A DNA stretch of 61,621 nucleotides, the filler included, from Trichosphaerium sp. ATCC 40318 (Eukaryota; Protista; Tubulinea), in NCBI GenBank assembly GCA_038496445.1. It is 4 parts of 4 records of this genome, joined end to end, with 100 filler letters (N's around TTAATTAATTAA, not from the genome) between each part and the next. Parts side by side here need not be neighbours in the genome. Positions count along the whole stretch, not along the records: positions 44,897 to 55,612 come from JALMLS010000412.1; positions 55,713 to 61,621 come from JALMLS010000019.1; 2 more parts are not named here. The stretch is one strand, 5' to 3'. Below, piece by piece: positions 49,452 through 61,372 of this stretch (position 1 is its first letter; each line of letters begins with the position of its first letter). The notes beneath the pieces were generated by a model. It was given only the letters and a program-made list of their open reading frames with translations. It made no database searches and was not told the origin of the DNA. A program made the position numbers and the translations under genes.

Positions 49452-52400
49452 TTTTATGTAGCTACATGAAGTCAGGCACCAATAAATTGAATGGCTGCAT
49501 CATAAAGTCATCAATAAAAAAGGCCTTGCTAAGAGGGATTGCTGCCAACTCTATCAACAAGAAGTATCTGAGAGTGAAGAAGCCCTCATTTTACAAAGGC
49601 CCCTTGGACATGTCACACATAGCTTGTTTTTTGAATGTCAGAGGAGTCAACCCCAGGAACATTATACAAAAGATGCCTATTTATGAAACCTTCACCAAAA
49701 GGTTTGTGCTTTGCCCTATGCCTATTGTTTGGTGTGATGAATACAATACAGACCCTATTGTTGGCTTTGGAGTTGGAGATGGAGCACACTGTCTTTTGAC
49801 AGAGTTGGCGTACGTTCGCGAATATTTTCGAACACGTATTTTACGTGTCGGTTGACCGACCGCGAGCTCGCGGTCGCGTTCGAACACTAGATTTTCCTGT
49901 CGTAAAAAAACCTCGAACGACGAACCTTTTTTTTGTTTTTCTGGTTTTTTACTTTTCCTTACCTTATTGTTCAATTGTTTCTTACTTGTTTGCCTTAGAC
50001 AAAATGCAGCTAAAACCTGCAAATTTGCAATCAAAAATGTGGAGTGGATAAATCCTTTCGCCAAGATGCAAGCGATAGCGATCTACTGCACCAAGATCAA
50101 CTTTCTGCAAAGTCTGACCACTCCAGACTCCAAGGTGGATCGCTACCGCCACCTGTTCAAGATGTGGTGCGACGACGCGGGCCAGGTCTTCGATTACCAA
50201 GCGGAGGCGGGAGATATAGGTAAGGTGAATTTTGCGATATGGGGAGCCAGCAGAGTCAAACCTCAGCTCAGTCCTGCTCAATGGAAAGAGGTGAGGGTTG
50301 TTTTTTTTTAATCTTTTTTTAATCTTTTTTTTTTTTTTTTTCGCAAGCATTTTTAAACAGAGGTTTCGCGTGTCGTAGATCGCACCGCGAGCTCGCGGTC
50401 GCGTACGAACACTAAAATACTCTGTTGTAAAACCGACGATTTTTAGTTTGTATTTTTTTTTTATTTGTATGTTATAACTGATTGTTTTGTTTAGTTTTTG
50501 GTTAAGATGAATCTATACTTTCCATATGTGACCAACTGGAAAGAAAGCAAACAGTTTGTTAAGGCTGGCATGTTTTTTGAGCCATTGGACAGTGCTCTGA
50601 TAGCAGAATTGGTTGCATCTGCTGAAAATGTGGTACGTAGGCTTTCGTCTTTATTCGAACACGCATTTTGTGTGTCATACAAAGTTTCGGCCGTTCACTC
50701 ACACTCTCATCATAGCACACCAAACATCCAGTGGGCTACAGGACTAGAATATTGGCTCATGCTGCATGGGCAGAGTTACCTCTCCATGCCAGAATAGCAG
50801 TAAGTCAAGTACCTTTTATATTTTTTTTTTGAAAAAAGGGTTTGTGCCTAACTTGTACATTTAGTTTGTCAAGGCACTGACCTGCAGGGTGTATCATGAG
50901 ACCAATCAATCTTATTATTTGCAGAGGTACAAGAACTGCAGCCAATATATCACACAGGTACAAAAAAAAAAAAAAACCAATCGGTCAGTTTTTTTTTGTT
51001 GTTTTTTTTTTGTTGTTTTTTTTTTTTTTCTTCTCCCTCCACCCTCATCTAACTTTAACTCGAGGCCTTGAGACAGCTGAACGAGCTCGGTTGGTACGAG
51101 CTCTCGTGGGACACGAGCACCGAGGAGGAGCACGTGAATTTCGCGAACAGCCTGCGTCCGTGTATATTTCGCCAGCTTCTGATGTACGACCTGCACTTGC
51201 TTTGGACCGGCACCACAGAAGATGGCCAAAAATTGCCCAAGATGGTTATAGAAGAGATGAAGTACAAGCAAGCAGCAACGGTGCTCTCCTTCTCTCACAC
51301 TGCCCTGTTGTCTATGCAGTGCTTGGATTTGCCTGAGGTGGAGGAAGCAAGTAAGTGTCATTTTTTTTTTTTTTTTACACTACACATCCAATGTCGCGCT
51401 CGGCGCTACACGCGAATCGCCTGTTCGTCGAACGTAGTGGTCGTACTCTTTTCTTTTTCTTTTTTTTTTTTTTCTCTTCCCTAGTTTACTTTTAAACTAA
51501 TGTCCTTTGTAGCTCCTCAGTTAGAAGCCATGTTGGAGAATGCCTACTTACCTTTTAGAGATACAAGGGCCAAGAACACTGCCAATGCAAGGGCAAGTGA
51601 AGGCAGTGCCATAAACAGGCATAAAAAAAAAGGTAAAGGCAAAGGCAAGAAAAAGAAGCCTATGGTTAAAACAACTCCTCCTACATCAGATGAAGAAGAA
51701 GATTTTGAAGAAAAAGAAGATGAGAATGAGGATGAGGTTGAGGATGAGGTTGAGGATGAGGTTTCAGAAGAAATCCAGCTGCAAAAAAGACCAAGAAGAA
51801 GCAGCAGAGCACATGGGTTGTTCAAAAAATCAAGTGAGCCTTGGTTTGAAAGTGTAGTAACTCACAGACCGATCGTACTCGGTACGAACACGATCGCGAT
51901 GTGTTGGTTTTTCCCTTCTTTTTTTTTCATTTTTTTTTTTTTTCTTCATAAACCAATGTACCAGTTGATGTTATTTAGATTCTGATAAACCACAGCCTTC
52001 AGGTCTAAAAATTAAAGTGGTATATACCAGTTTTTTTATGGTATATACCACTTTTTTCAACAAAATGGTATATGAACTGGTATATACCATTTTGAAATAC
52101 CACTTTTTTTAGAAATTAGTGAATAAAAAAGTGGTATATGGAAGTGGTATATACCACTTTTTATTCACATAATGAGACCTTCTAAAAATGGTATATAAGG
52201 TGGTATATACCACTTTTTTATGGTATGTGGTATATACCACCTTTTTATTGGTATATACCACTTTTATGGTATGCTTCAAGAAGGTCATTAAGGAGCTTTT
52301 TGGTAATGGGTTTTCTTGTTGAACGATCATAGACGTCATACATTGAACGGTGCATAGGGACCTTAGTATATGATAGAATCTAACCAAACCAAGCTCATTC

Positions 52401-55190
52401 AAACCGCAGGACCTGATTCCAGTACCAACATTAAGGAAACTATATTGCAGGTATTATACAGACGTTCGTGGGTACCAGACAAAGTGTTATTTTATTTTCG
52501 TTTGATATACATTAACCGACCTCCGTAGGCCTTAGTAATTGATAGATTCAGGTGGGACCACTTTCATTAGGTGCGCAGCATGTTTTTACAGTAGGTACAG
52601 CAAGCTCATGGAGATGGACGAATTTTCCAGACGCCCATAGTAATGTAACTGTAGTGGACATTGTCCAAAACTTGTAACTCACAAACTGTGTATTAAATAA
52701 AGTGTATTTTCTGGAATTGCAGGTGTACCATAAGTAGGCATAAAGTGGTATATAAGAGTGGTATATACCATGAAAAACTGGTATAAAAAAGTGGTATATA
52801 AGTGGTATATACCTAAAAAAAGTGGTATAAAAAAGTGGTATATTTTTTTTTTTCTGGTGAAAAAAAGTGGTATATTTTCTGTTTTTATACCTGTTTTTTT
52901 TGGTATATTGTTGGTATATTTGGTCAATATACCACTTTTTTTGGTATATTTCGGTCAAAATATACCACTTTTTTTGGTATATACCATAAAAACTGGTATA
53001 AAAAAGTGGTATAAAAGTGGTATATACCAAAAAAACTGGTATATTTTTTTAGACCTGTTCTGCATCAAAACGTCATGTAAATAAAAGGTCAGGACCAACA
53101 AAGATGACCACAAGAAGCAGTCAAAGACTAAAACGAGGTACGTTAAATGCAAACACATATTCTCCGTGTTCGCATTTAGACCGCGAGCTCGTGGTCGGTT
53201 TCCGACACGTGTTTTACCTGTTGAAAAATAGCTCGGAGGATTTTTTTTTTTTGTTTGTTTTTGTTTTTGACATAACTCAGCACTCATGTTGTTCTTACTT
53301 AGCACTTGCACCATCCAACAATGGTGAATCTTCTTCTGAGAAGCCTGCTGCCTCTTCCTCTCAATATGGCTCTCAATCCACCCAACCTCTAACTCCAAGA
53401 ACCAAGAGGAGAAGAAGTTTGGCTTTGAGAAAGGGGTTGTTGCAAAAATTTTACAAGGCAAAGACTGAAGAGATGCTCCAATTGTTGTCTATGCCTACTT
53501 TGATTAAAAAAGTGGATGGAAGATTGCACCTCACCTTGGTTATTGATCCTGAATCAAAATCTGGTGACACTTTGATTAAAGGCAAGTTTTATATTAATTT
53601 TCCTCTCGCCGATATTTTTTTAACACACGTTTTCCGTGTTCGAACTCGACCGCGAGCTCGCGGTCGGCTGCCGACACGTATTTATCCTGTTCTAAATATG
53701 GCGTTTTTTATGCGAACTTCACATGACTCATTGCTGAGTTTTTTTTTGTAGCTGGTAAAATAGATTTGACCCAGTTGAGTGAAGATGATGAAGAGAGCAA
53801 AGAAAAGGAGGAGGAAGATAATAAGAAAGGTAAAGAAGAAGAAAGTGATGATGATGAAGAAGAAGAAGAAGGAGAAGAAGAAATCATAACTGAACAACTG
53901 GTAGAAAGAGCTGATTTGCCACCAAGGAAACAAAGAAAAGGCAGAAGAGTGTTGAAAACTCCAGGTAAAATACCAACTAGATCTTCTGGTGCAAAAAAAA
54001 GAAAGAGAAACAGGTCTAAAAATTAAAGTGGTATATACCAGTTTTTTTATGGTATATACCACTTTTTTCAACAAAATGGTATATGAACTGGTATATACCA
54101 TTTTGAAATACCACTTTTTTTAAAAATTAAGTGAATAAAAAAGTGGTATATAGAAGTGGTATATACCACTTTTCATTCACATAATGAGACCTTCTAAAAA
54201 TGGTATATAAAGTGGTATATACCACTTTTTTATGGTATGTGGTATATACCACCTTTTTATTGGTATATACCACTTTTATGGTATGCTTCAAGAAGGTCAT
54301 TAAGGAGCTTTTTGGTAATGGGTTTTCTTGTTGAACGATCATGGACGTCATACATTGAACGGTGCGTAGGGACCTTAGTATATCATAGAATCTAACCAAA
54401 CCAAGCTCATTCGGACCGCAGGACCTGATTCCAGTACCAACATTGAGGAAACTATATTGCAGGTATTATACAGACGTTCGTGGGTACCAGACAAAGTTTT
54501 ATTTTATTTTCGTTTGATATACATTAACCGACCTCCGTAGGCCTTAGTAATTGATAGATTCAGGTGGGAACACTTTCATTAGGTGCGCAGCATGTTTTTA
54601 CAGTAGGTACAGCAAGCTCATGGGGATGGACGAATTTTCCAGACGCCCATAGTAATGTAACTGTAGTGGACATTGTCCAAAACTTGTAACTCACAAACTG
54701 TGTATTAAATAAAGTGTATTTTCTGGAATTGCAGGTGTACTATAAGTAAGCATAAAGTGGTATATAAGAGTGGTATATACCATGAAAAACTGGTATAAAA
54801 AAGTGGTATATAAGTGGTATATACCTAAAAAAAGTGGTATAAAAAAGTGGTATATTTTTTTTTTTCTGGTGAAAAAAAGTGGTATATTTTCTGTTTTTAT
54901 ACCTGTTTTTTTTGGTATATTGTTGGTATATTTGGTCAATATACCACTTTTTTTGGTATATTTCGGTCAAAATATACCACTTTTTTTGGTATATACCATA
55001 AAAAACTGGTATAAAAAAGTGGTATAAAAGTGGTATATACCAAAAAAACTGGTATATTTTTTTAGACCTGAACAGCATTGGCAAAGCAGGAAGGGCCAAC
55101 AAGAAAAACAAGACAGGTAAAAAGCCTGTTGAAAACGAAGACGAGGATGGCGAAGGAGAAGAACAACTCAGTGAAGAAATCTTTGAGTAA
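47374..55190 (+). CDS. ParB/Srx-like domain protein, paralog A, with long acidic/basic low-complexity tail; two late exons disrupted by DNA transposons
   Basis: More than 10 exons from ATG 47374 to TAA 55190; motif MSHIACFLNVRGVNPRNI...PMPIVW...GFGVGDGAHCLLTEL...INFLQSLTTPD; frame restored when both insertions are removed. Confidence 0.7.
47809..53664. repeat. Dispersed intronic ~75-80-bp unit centred on the 16-bp palindrome ACCGCGAGCTCGCGGT
   Basis: Perfect copies at 48841, 49859, 50384, 53649; one-mismatch copies at 47997, 48139, 53180; degenerate copies near 47809, 47944, 48086; flanked by CGTGTTCG...CGAACAC arms. Confidence 0.9.
52000..53057. mobile_element. Non-autonomous DNA transposon (CAGG-end family), 1058 bp
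   Basis: TIR CAGGTCTAAAAA / TTTTTAGACCTG, TSD TT/TT, subterminal AAGTGGTATATACCACTT palindromes. Confidence 0.92.
54011..55070. mobile_element. Non-autonomous DNA transposon (CAGG-end family), 1060 bp, near-identical to 52000-53057
   Basis: Same TIRs and internal sequence; TSD AA/AA. Confidence 0.92.
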
Positions 55191-55811
55191 AACACATTGT
55201 GTAACTTTACCTTAATAAATATAGTTTTAATGTAGTTTAATTTTTTAATGTAGTTTAAAAAAAAACAACTTGTAGGTTTTTTTTTTCTTTTTTTTTAGAG
55301 CAAAGTTTTTTTCGAAATATTAAGACACATTGTACATGTGTTTTTAAATTGAAAAAAAAAAAAAAAAAGAGAGCTATTATTCAGCCTCTTTGTACAATAA
55401 AAAAAGACTTGTTGTTTGAGTGTGTATTATATATATTTATTTATTTATTTATTTATTTTATGTGTGGTTATAGATATATATAAAATTTCAAGTGCAATAT
55501 ATAATGAGATTTTAGGGTAAAGGTTGGTGTAGATTAGAAGGTAAGGTTTGGAAGGTGGGTGGGGGTTGAGTGCAAGGTTGGGTGCAAGTTAGTGTTAGTT
55601 TAATCTTCCTCTNNNNNNNNNNNNNNNNNNNNNNNNNNNNNNNNNNNNNNNNNNNNTTAATTAATTAANNNNNNNNNNNNNNNNNNNNNNNNNNNNNNNN
55701 NNNNNNNNNNNNGGACAAATAAAATCTTCAGGGAATTCACTACGAGGAAAGAGATGTAAGTAACGATATTGACAGTTTGTATACAAACTAGAGTTTTTTT
55801 CCTTGGGAAAT

Positions 55812-57107
55812 TTAGATGGCGTACAGTAATGCAGTCGCTGAAGAGAATGCTTTTAGACAGTTACGTGCAGCTGGGCCTATTATAGGATCATTTGCCATTT
55901 TTTGCAATTTTTTCACAGCTTGTTTTTCGTTTATTGACTCTCTAACATCATCCTCTATATATTCAAGTTAACAACAAACACGGTCATGTGTAAATCTTTG
56001 TTTTAGAGGTATAATTTATAAAAAACTTGTTTTGAAAGGAACTGGAGTCAAGGGACTTAAAAAAAGTGCTAAAATGTTTATGTTCGATTTTTTTGAATGT
56101 AGCTCAGTTATGCGATTCTAACCGTACCTGTAACTAAATCACCAATAGCTGCTAAAGCAGCTTGAACAACTGGTTGTGGTTTTGGGGTCAAAAGCGATGG
56201 ATTGGATACAATACTGAATAAAGTAGTAACAGTGTTTGTGATAATTATGTTCTCAAGGATTTGTTTCGTCTGAAACAGATTTAGTGAAACAAGTCTTAGA
56301 AATGAAGGAGTTGACGTACATCAGGTATAATAGGAAAGCATAGGTTATGTATAATACGAACTGCATGGTAAACAACCTCAGCTTCATGTGTCAAGTACCT
56401 TTGTTGATTGTTAGCTTTTTTTTTTGTGATTTCAAAGAAATGGACTCTCGTACTCTACAAATTGTATTACAGGTATCTGTTTTGATAACATGAGTTTTCT
56501 TGAAACAGGAGAATCTTAATGGAGGTTATTATTGAATATATTCTATAAAGAGCGTACTTGATGTCAACTTAGCTACAAGTTTAAGACTTGTTTGCGTGAC
56601 TATTATTGATTCTGATTTTTTCAATAAAGCGCTTAGAGCCTCGAATACATCTGCTTTACAAAGTTCACCATGTGTTTGTTCATCTAAAATTTAAACAACA
56701 ACACGTTAGGAAAATAAAAAAATAGTCAAGAAAAAAGTGAAAAAAAAAAACCAAAACCAGATTCATGAATTAGGAGTCGACTCGCTCCTTACCTGTTGCG
56801 ATATTGAGTATTAAACTTAAGCAATTTTGTTGAATGTTTTGATCTTCACTAGCCAATAAACTTACAAGCCGCCTGAGGAGTTCTTTGTCTCCATGTTTGT
56901 AAATCTCTAAGCACAATGCATCACCTAAGTGTATGTAAGGATATTTTCGTCTACATGATTCTGAATTGTTGTACTGTCTTGTGAGAGTATGTTTATACAT
57001 CTTAAACCGAGTCCGATGTCAATAGGATCTTCAGTTTCAAGAACAGATAATAGTGAAGTAAGTTGCGAGTTATTGTCAACAAGAAGTGCAGATATTTTGT
57101 CAAGGTT
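55812..57107 (-). pseudogene. Armadillo/HEAT-repeat protein, 3' exons only; 5' part replaced by the Gypsy fragment
   Basis: LLRRLVSLLASEDQNIQQNCLSLILNIAT, LLTPKPQPVVQAALAAIGDL; TAA 55812. Confidence 0.6.
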
Positions 57108-57159
57108 CTATTATAAAAAAAATTGTGTTAACTGATTTGTTTTTTTGTACAAAGGGCTA

Positions 57160-60100
57160 TCATGTCCCTCCATTGTACCTCTTGATGATCCTTGGGTTAG
57201 TTGCTATTCCGTTTGCAGATACTACATGACCCAAGAACTCTACCTCATCTTTAAAAAGCACAGTCTTCGAGGCTTTAAGCATAACATTATGCTCTTCCAG
57301 GCGGTCAAACATGAGCTTAAGATGCACTAAGTGCTCTTCAAAGCTCTGACTGAACACTATGATATCGTCAACATAACAGAGGCACGTCTGCCACAATAGT
57401 CCGGACAACATCAAGTTCATTTGCCTTTGGAACGTAGCCTGTGCATTTTTCAAACCGAAGGGCATCCCCAGCCATTCATACAATCCCCATGGAGTTGCAA
57501 ATGCTGTCTTAGGTCGACTTGCTTTATCCATCATTATCTGCCAATAACCAGAGATAGCGTCAAACAGGCTGAAATATTTTGCTCTTGCTAGTGCTTCTAA
57601 TAACTCTGTAACCCTAGGCAGTGGATGTACATCCTTTTTAGTGATTTTGTTTAGAGCACGATAATCAATGCAAAATCTCCAGGTTCCATCTTTTTTCTTA
57701 ACTAGAACTACTGGAGCCGACCATTGTGATTTAGATGGTTGAATCACTCCCTGTTCTAACATCTTCTCTAGTTCTTCTCTAACGATAGCTCTTTTGTGTG
57801 GATTTAATGGTCTATATGGAATGTGAATCGGCTTAGCTCCATCTGTTTCTATATAGTGTTTCGTCCCTTTAGCTCTAGCTGGTTTTGATAGTTTTGATGT
57901 GAATCTATCGATATATCCAGCCATAAATTTATACGCTTGTTCTTTTTGTTCATCTGTGAGTTTGGAACCTTCCATTTTAAACATCGTCTTAGCACGTGCG
58001 ATGTCTTCATTTGTCACGTTTTTAGCTTCCGTTTTCATCTTCTTTATTTCCTCTGAATAGTCAATATCCAATGCCGAAACTTCATCTTCATCCGTCAATG
58101 GCGTGAACTTGGCTAAATTACATTGTGAAGGTATGAATTTAGCCTTATTCGACATGTTCATTACTTGTATGGGTACTGCTCTTTTCTTTATCACAGTACC
58201 ACATGTTCGAGCCAGTTGTATTCCGAATCGTTTCAATAAATAACTATGTCCATCGAACTCTTCTGTTTTGTGTGATTCTACTATCCCTTCTTTGAACGAT
58301 ACTGGTGATGACAGATTTGCCCAGAATGTGACTTGTGAATGTTTAGGTATCTTTATTCGATTACCTGTAATAACATTTGCCGCATCTGACATATCTGTTC
58401 TCTCTCTTGTACACGACATTCTGATATCTTCTCCAATCTTATTCCTCACCACTTCTTTATCAAATAATAATGATAAACCAAAACTCTTCATCATATTCGT
58501 TCCCAATAATAGCGGATATCTGAAGTTCTTAACCACAAAGCATAACACATTCTTCTTGTATGTTCCTATCGTCACTGGTACTGTCGTAGTTCCAATTACG
58601 TTAAGCTCTGTGTTGTTCGCAGTATATACTGGTTGATGATGATCCTTAAATATTCTTCCTCGCTTCCCCAATTTTTGTAATAAACTATAATCGATGATAC
58701 TGCACGTTGCTCCTGAGTCCAGTACTGTCTTAATCATTTTTACTTTACCCACCTTAGTCGTTGTGGTAGTAACCGAGAAATTATACTTAGATTTATCTAT
58801 TGAACTCACCGACTCTTCATTTAATACTTTTGTGTACTTCAGTTCATTGTTGAATGTTCCTTTACGTTCTCGAACATCAAAGTCTCGTTTGGATTTGAGG
58901 ATAGGTTGTCTCTCATTCACAATATTATTTATACTTTGTATTTGTGTCTTTGTGAGTTTGGCTTGTTCTCGTGATTCAAACCTGTTGATAAAACCCTCAG
59001 GACCAGAAGCAAAACGTACAACATTATAGTTGGAACCACTCCAAATACTTTTATTTGAGTGCCTACGATCGTCGGCAACGAATACATCCTCTCTTCTTAC
59101 AGGACATTCTCTTGCAGTATGGAAGTATCCCTTACATCTACTGCATACTACGTCCATATCTCTGCATGTGCCTCCAGCTCTGCTCTTCTGTTCCAATCCA
59201 TTCCTTCTCCAGTTGTTATCTCCTCTTCTTCCTCCATTCCTTTGATATCCTTGATTGCGTTCATAGTAACGTCGGTTGCTTCTATCTTGATAACGCCGAG
59301 CAGGGTTGTAAGAAGATCTGTCCTGACCGTCTCTGTTGTTACGGTAGTACTCCTTCTTGTCCGTTCTTCCTCCTCCGTACTGTTGTTTCTTATACGGTCT
59401 TCTTTCTTCATTTCCTCGGTTGTTGTCATCATTTCTTTTCCTTTTCTTTGGTCTTCCTCCAGTTCTTATCACATTAATTTCTTGATTCTCTCCTCTGCGA
59501 TTGTCCCTGTCCTTAGCGAATACTTTAACTTTCCTCGTCTCTTCCACTTCCGTAATAAACTTGAGTACTTTCTCAAAGTTGTACTTATCTGAATTATCTC
59601 CGAACTTAGCTTCCAATTTGAGCCTGATTACTGACAATAACCCCCTGTAGAACTCATTGTGTTGCTTTTTCCGCGAAACCTGAGCTAATCTAGCGTATTT
59701 ATCTACTAACGCTCTATATTCCTCAATGTTTTGGTCTTTCGTCTGTTTGAGGTCCTCCAGTAGGATACGTGCTTGTTTCCGTTGCAATCTAGGGCTGTAT
59801 GCTCTAATGAGCGCCAAAACCGCTGCCACTGGGTCGAAGGTGTATTTATCTTCGCTCAGAAGCTCGTTAACCTTCCCTTTGGCCAAGACTCGTAAAGCAA
59901 AAATGTAACCACGTTTCCCCAGATTGAAACCGTTCGCAAGATGTTGCACTCCCACCAAGTAATCATTCAGCGCAACAGTTGTCAGTTTTCCATCACCAAA
60001 ACTCGGAAACGATCCAGCGATATTGCCAATACTTGCTAACTTCCCTTTGCAGTTGTGCCAGTCATTGCCAATACAATTTCCATCCGTTCCTTTTACTCCG

Positions 60101-61113
60101 TGCGGTAAGAAGTTGTAAATCGCCTGTCTCTCCGTTTTGGTGCATCTACTCTCATCGATGGTTTCCATGTGCCGTCTCATAGGTAGTTGTTCCACCTCTT
60201 CATCACTCGATTCCTCTGAATCGATATCTGCACCAATAACTTCTCGTTTTCGAGTGATTGATTTTTTCTTTGAAACTTGGGAACTGTTATCTTCCTCGTT
60301 ATCTGAGCTATCATCACTCGAAGGTGGTTCTTTATCAGCCACCAATACTTCTGGGAGCGGTGAAGAAACCGCAAGTCCTTTGGATCCAGTCTTGCGTTTT
60401 TTCGCTGGCGTTGATGTTGCCGTGGGAGCTTTTCTCTTCTTCTTCTCCTTGGTGATCCGTTTCTTCAGTCTACTCATCTGTTTCTCCAATTTCTTACGCC
60501 GAACTTCCAACTGATCGATAAATAGTTGGGATGATTGATCCATAAGTTCATCAGCCGTGAAACCCTGATGTTGGTTTTCGTCTTGGGCGTCTTTCTGTTC
60601 TGTAAAACCGCCAATAGCGCCATCATCGCCACCATCCTCATCGCTCGCATCCTCGCTATCGCTCTCTTCTCCGTAGGTCGGTGTCGGTGCATTTTGTTTC
60701 ATCCTAGCGCGTTCACTACCATCGTTAATTAATTGTTCTAAACTTTTGTTCAAATGCGGTGGTAGTCTATCGTCGCCTGTCTGTTGGTTCGTCACACTCG
60801 TATGCCCCCGTTCGTTATCTTCGTCATCTCTCAAGGTCTCATCCATCTCGCCGTTATTTGTTGTCATCACTGTTGATTGATCTAGAATTCTTGTTCGTAC
60901 TTGTTAATCTTTCTTCTGTTATTTCAAATTCAAAAGACTGCTGCGTGTCGCCAAATGTAAGAGGGTAAGGTAGTCAAGAGTTGTTGTGTAGCTGTTGTAT
61001 ACTATTTATTATGGTCTTAAGGACCGTGTACATTAAGTGGGTATTCTGTGAATGATTGGTTGAACGTCAATATGATTCCTGTAGATTGACTTCTGATTGA
61101 TTTCCACCTTACA
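57160..61113 (-). mobile_element. Ty3/Gypsy LTR retrotransposon, 5' half (LTR, PBS, gag-protease-RT); RNase H, integrase and 3' LTR missing
   Basis: 1236-aa ORF with CSRCKGYFHTAREC knuckle, LDSGAT protease, and RT motifs WRFCIDYRALN, MPFGLKNA, YVDD, FLGHVVS. Confidence 0.93.
60956..61113 (-). repeat. 5' LTR (158 bp) followed by primer-binding site
   Basis: On the minus strand it starts TGTAAG and ends CTTACA; TT then TGGCGACACGCAGCAG (PBS-like) begins at 60953. Confidence 0.8.
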
Positions 61114-61372
61114 GTAACAACATGCTAGCTGATAGTGGATAGTTGGTAAGAACAACCTCAAACAAGATTTTTTTAAAATAAATGTGAACGGTTTTATGGC
61201 AAGCATTAAAGATAAACCACAGAATTGTTGTATTAATGCTTGGCTGGTTTGTGAGACTTTGTGTTTGACTAAGTGTTCATTGAATCATTTTTATAACTCG
61301 TTAAATTATGGAGTCTTCCTTAAATGCTTGTATTGCAAAACTAACTCATCGTACAGAGATAGCACCTCAACT

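Noticed and set aside
52000-55070. CAGG-end transposons as introners, since the TIRs contain CAG|GT and TTTTAG|
   Set aside because: Splicing at those sites leaves 3+5+2 = 10 extra nt, which shifts the frame (TAA soon after 53057), so they do not form neutral introns.
52109-55195. Tyr/Trp/Lys-rich ORFs (WYIP, VVYTT repeats), also at 10431-10910
   Set aside because: Translations of the transposon subterminal repeats, not genes.
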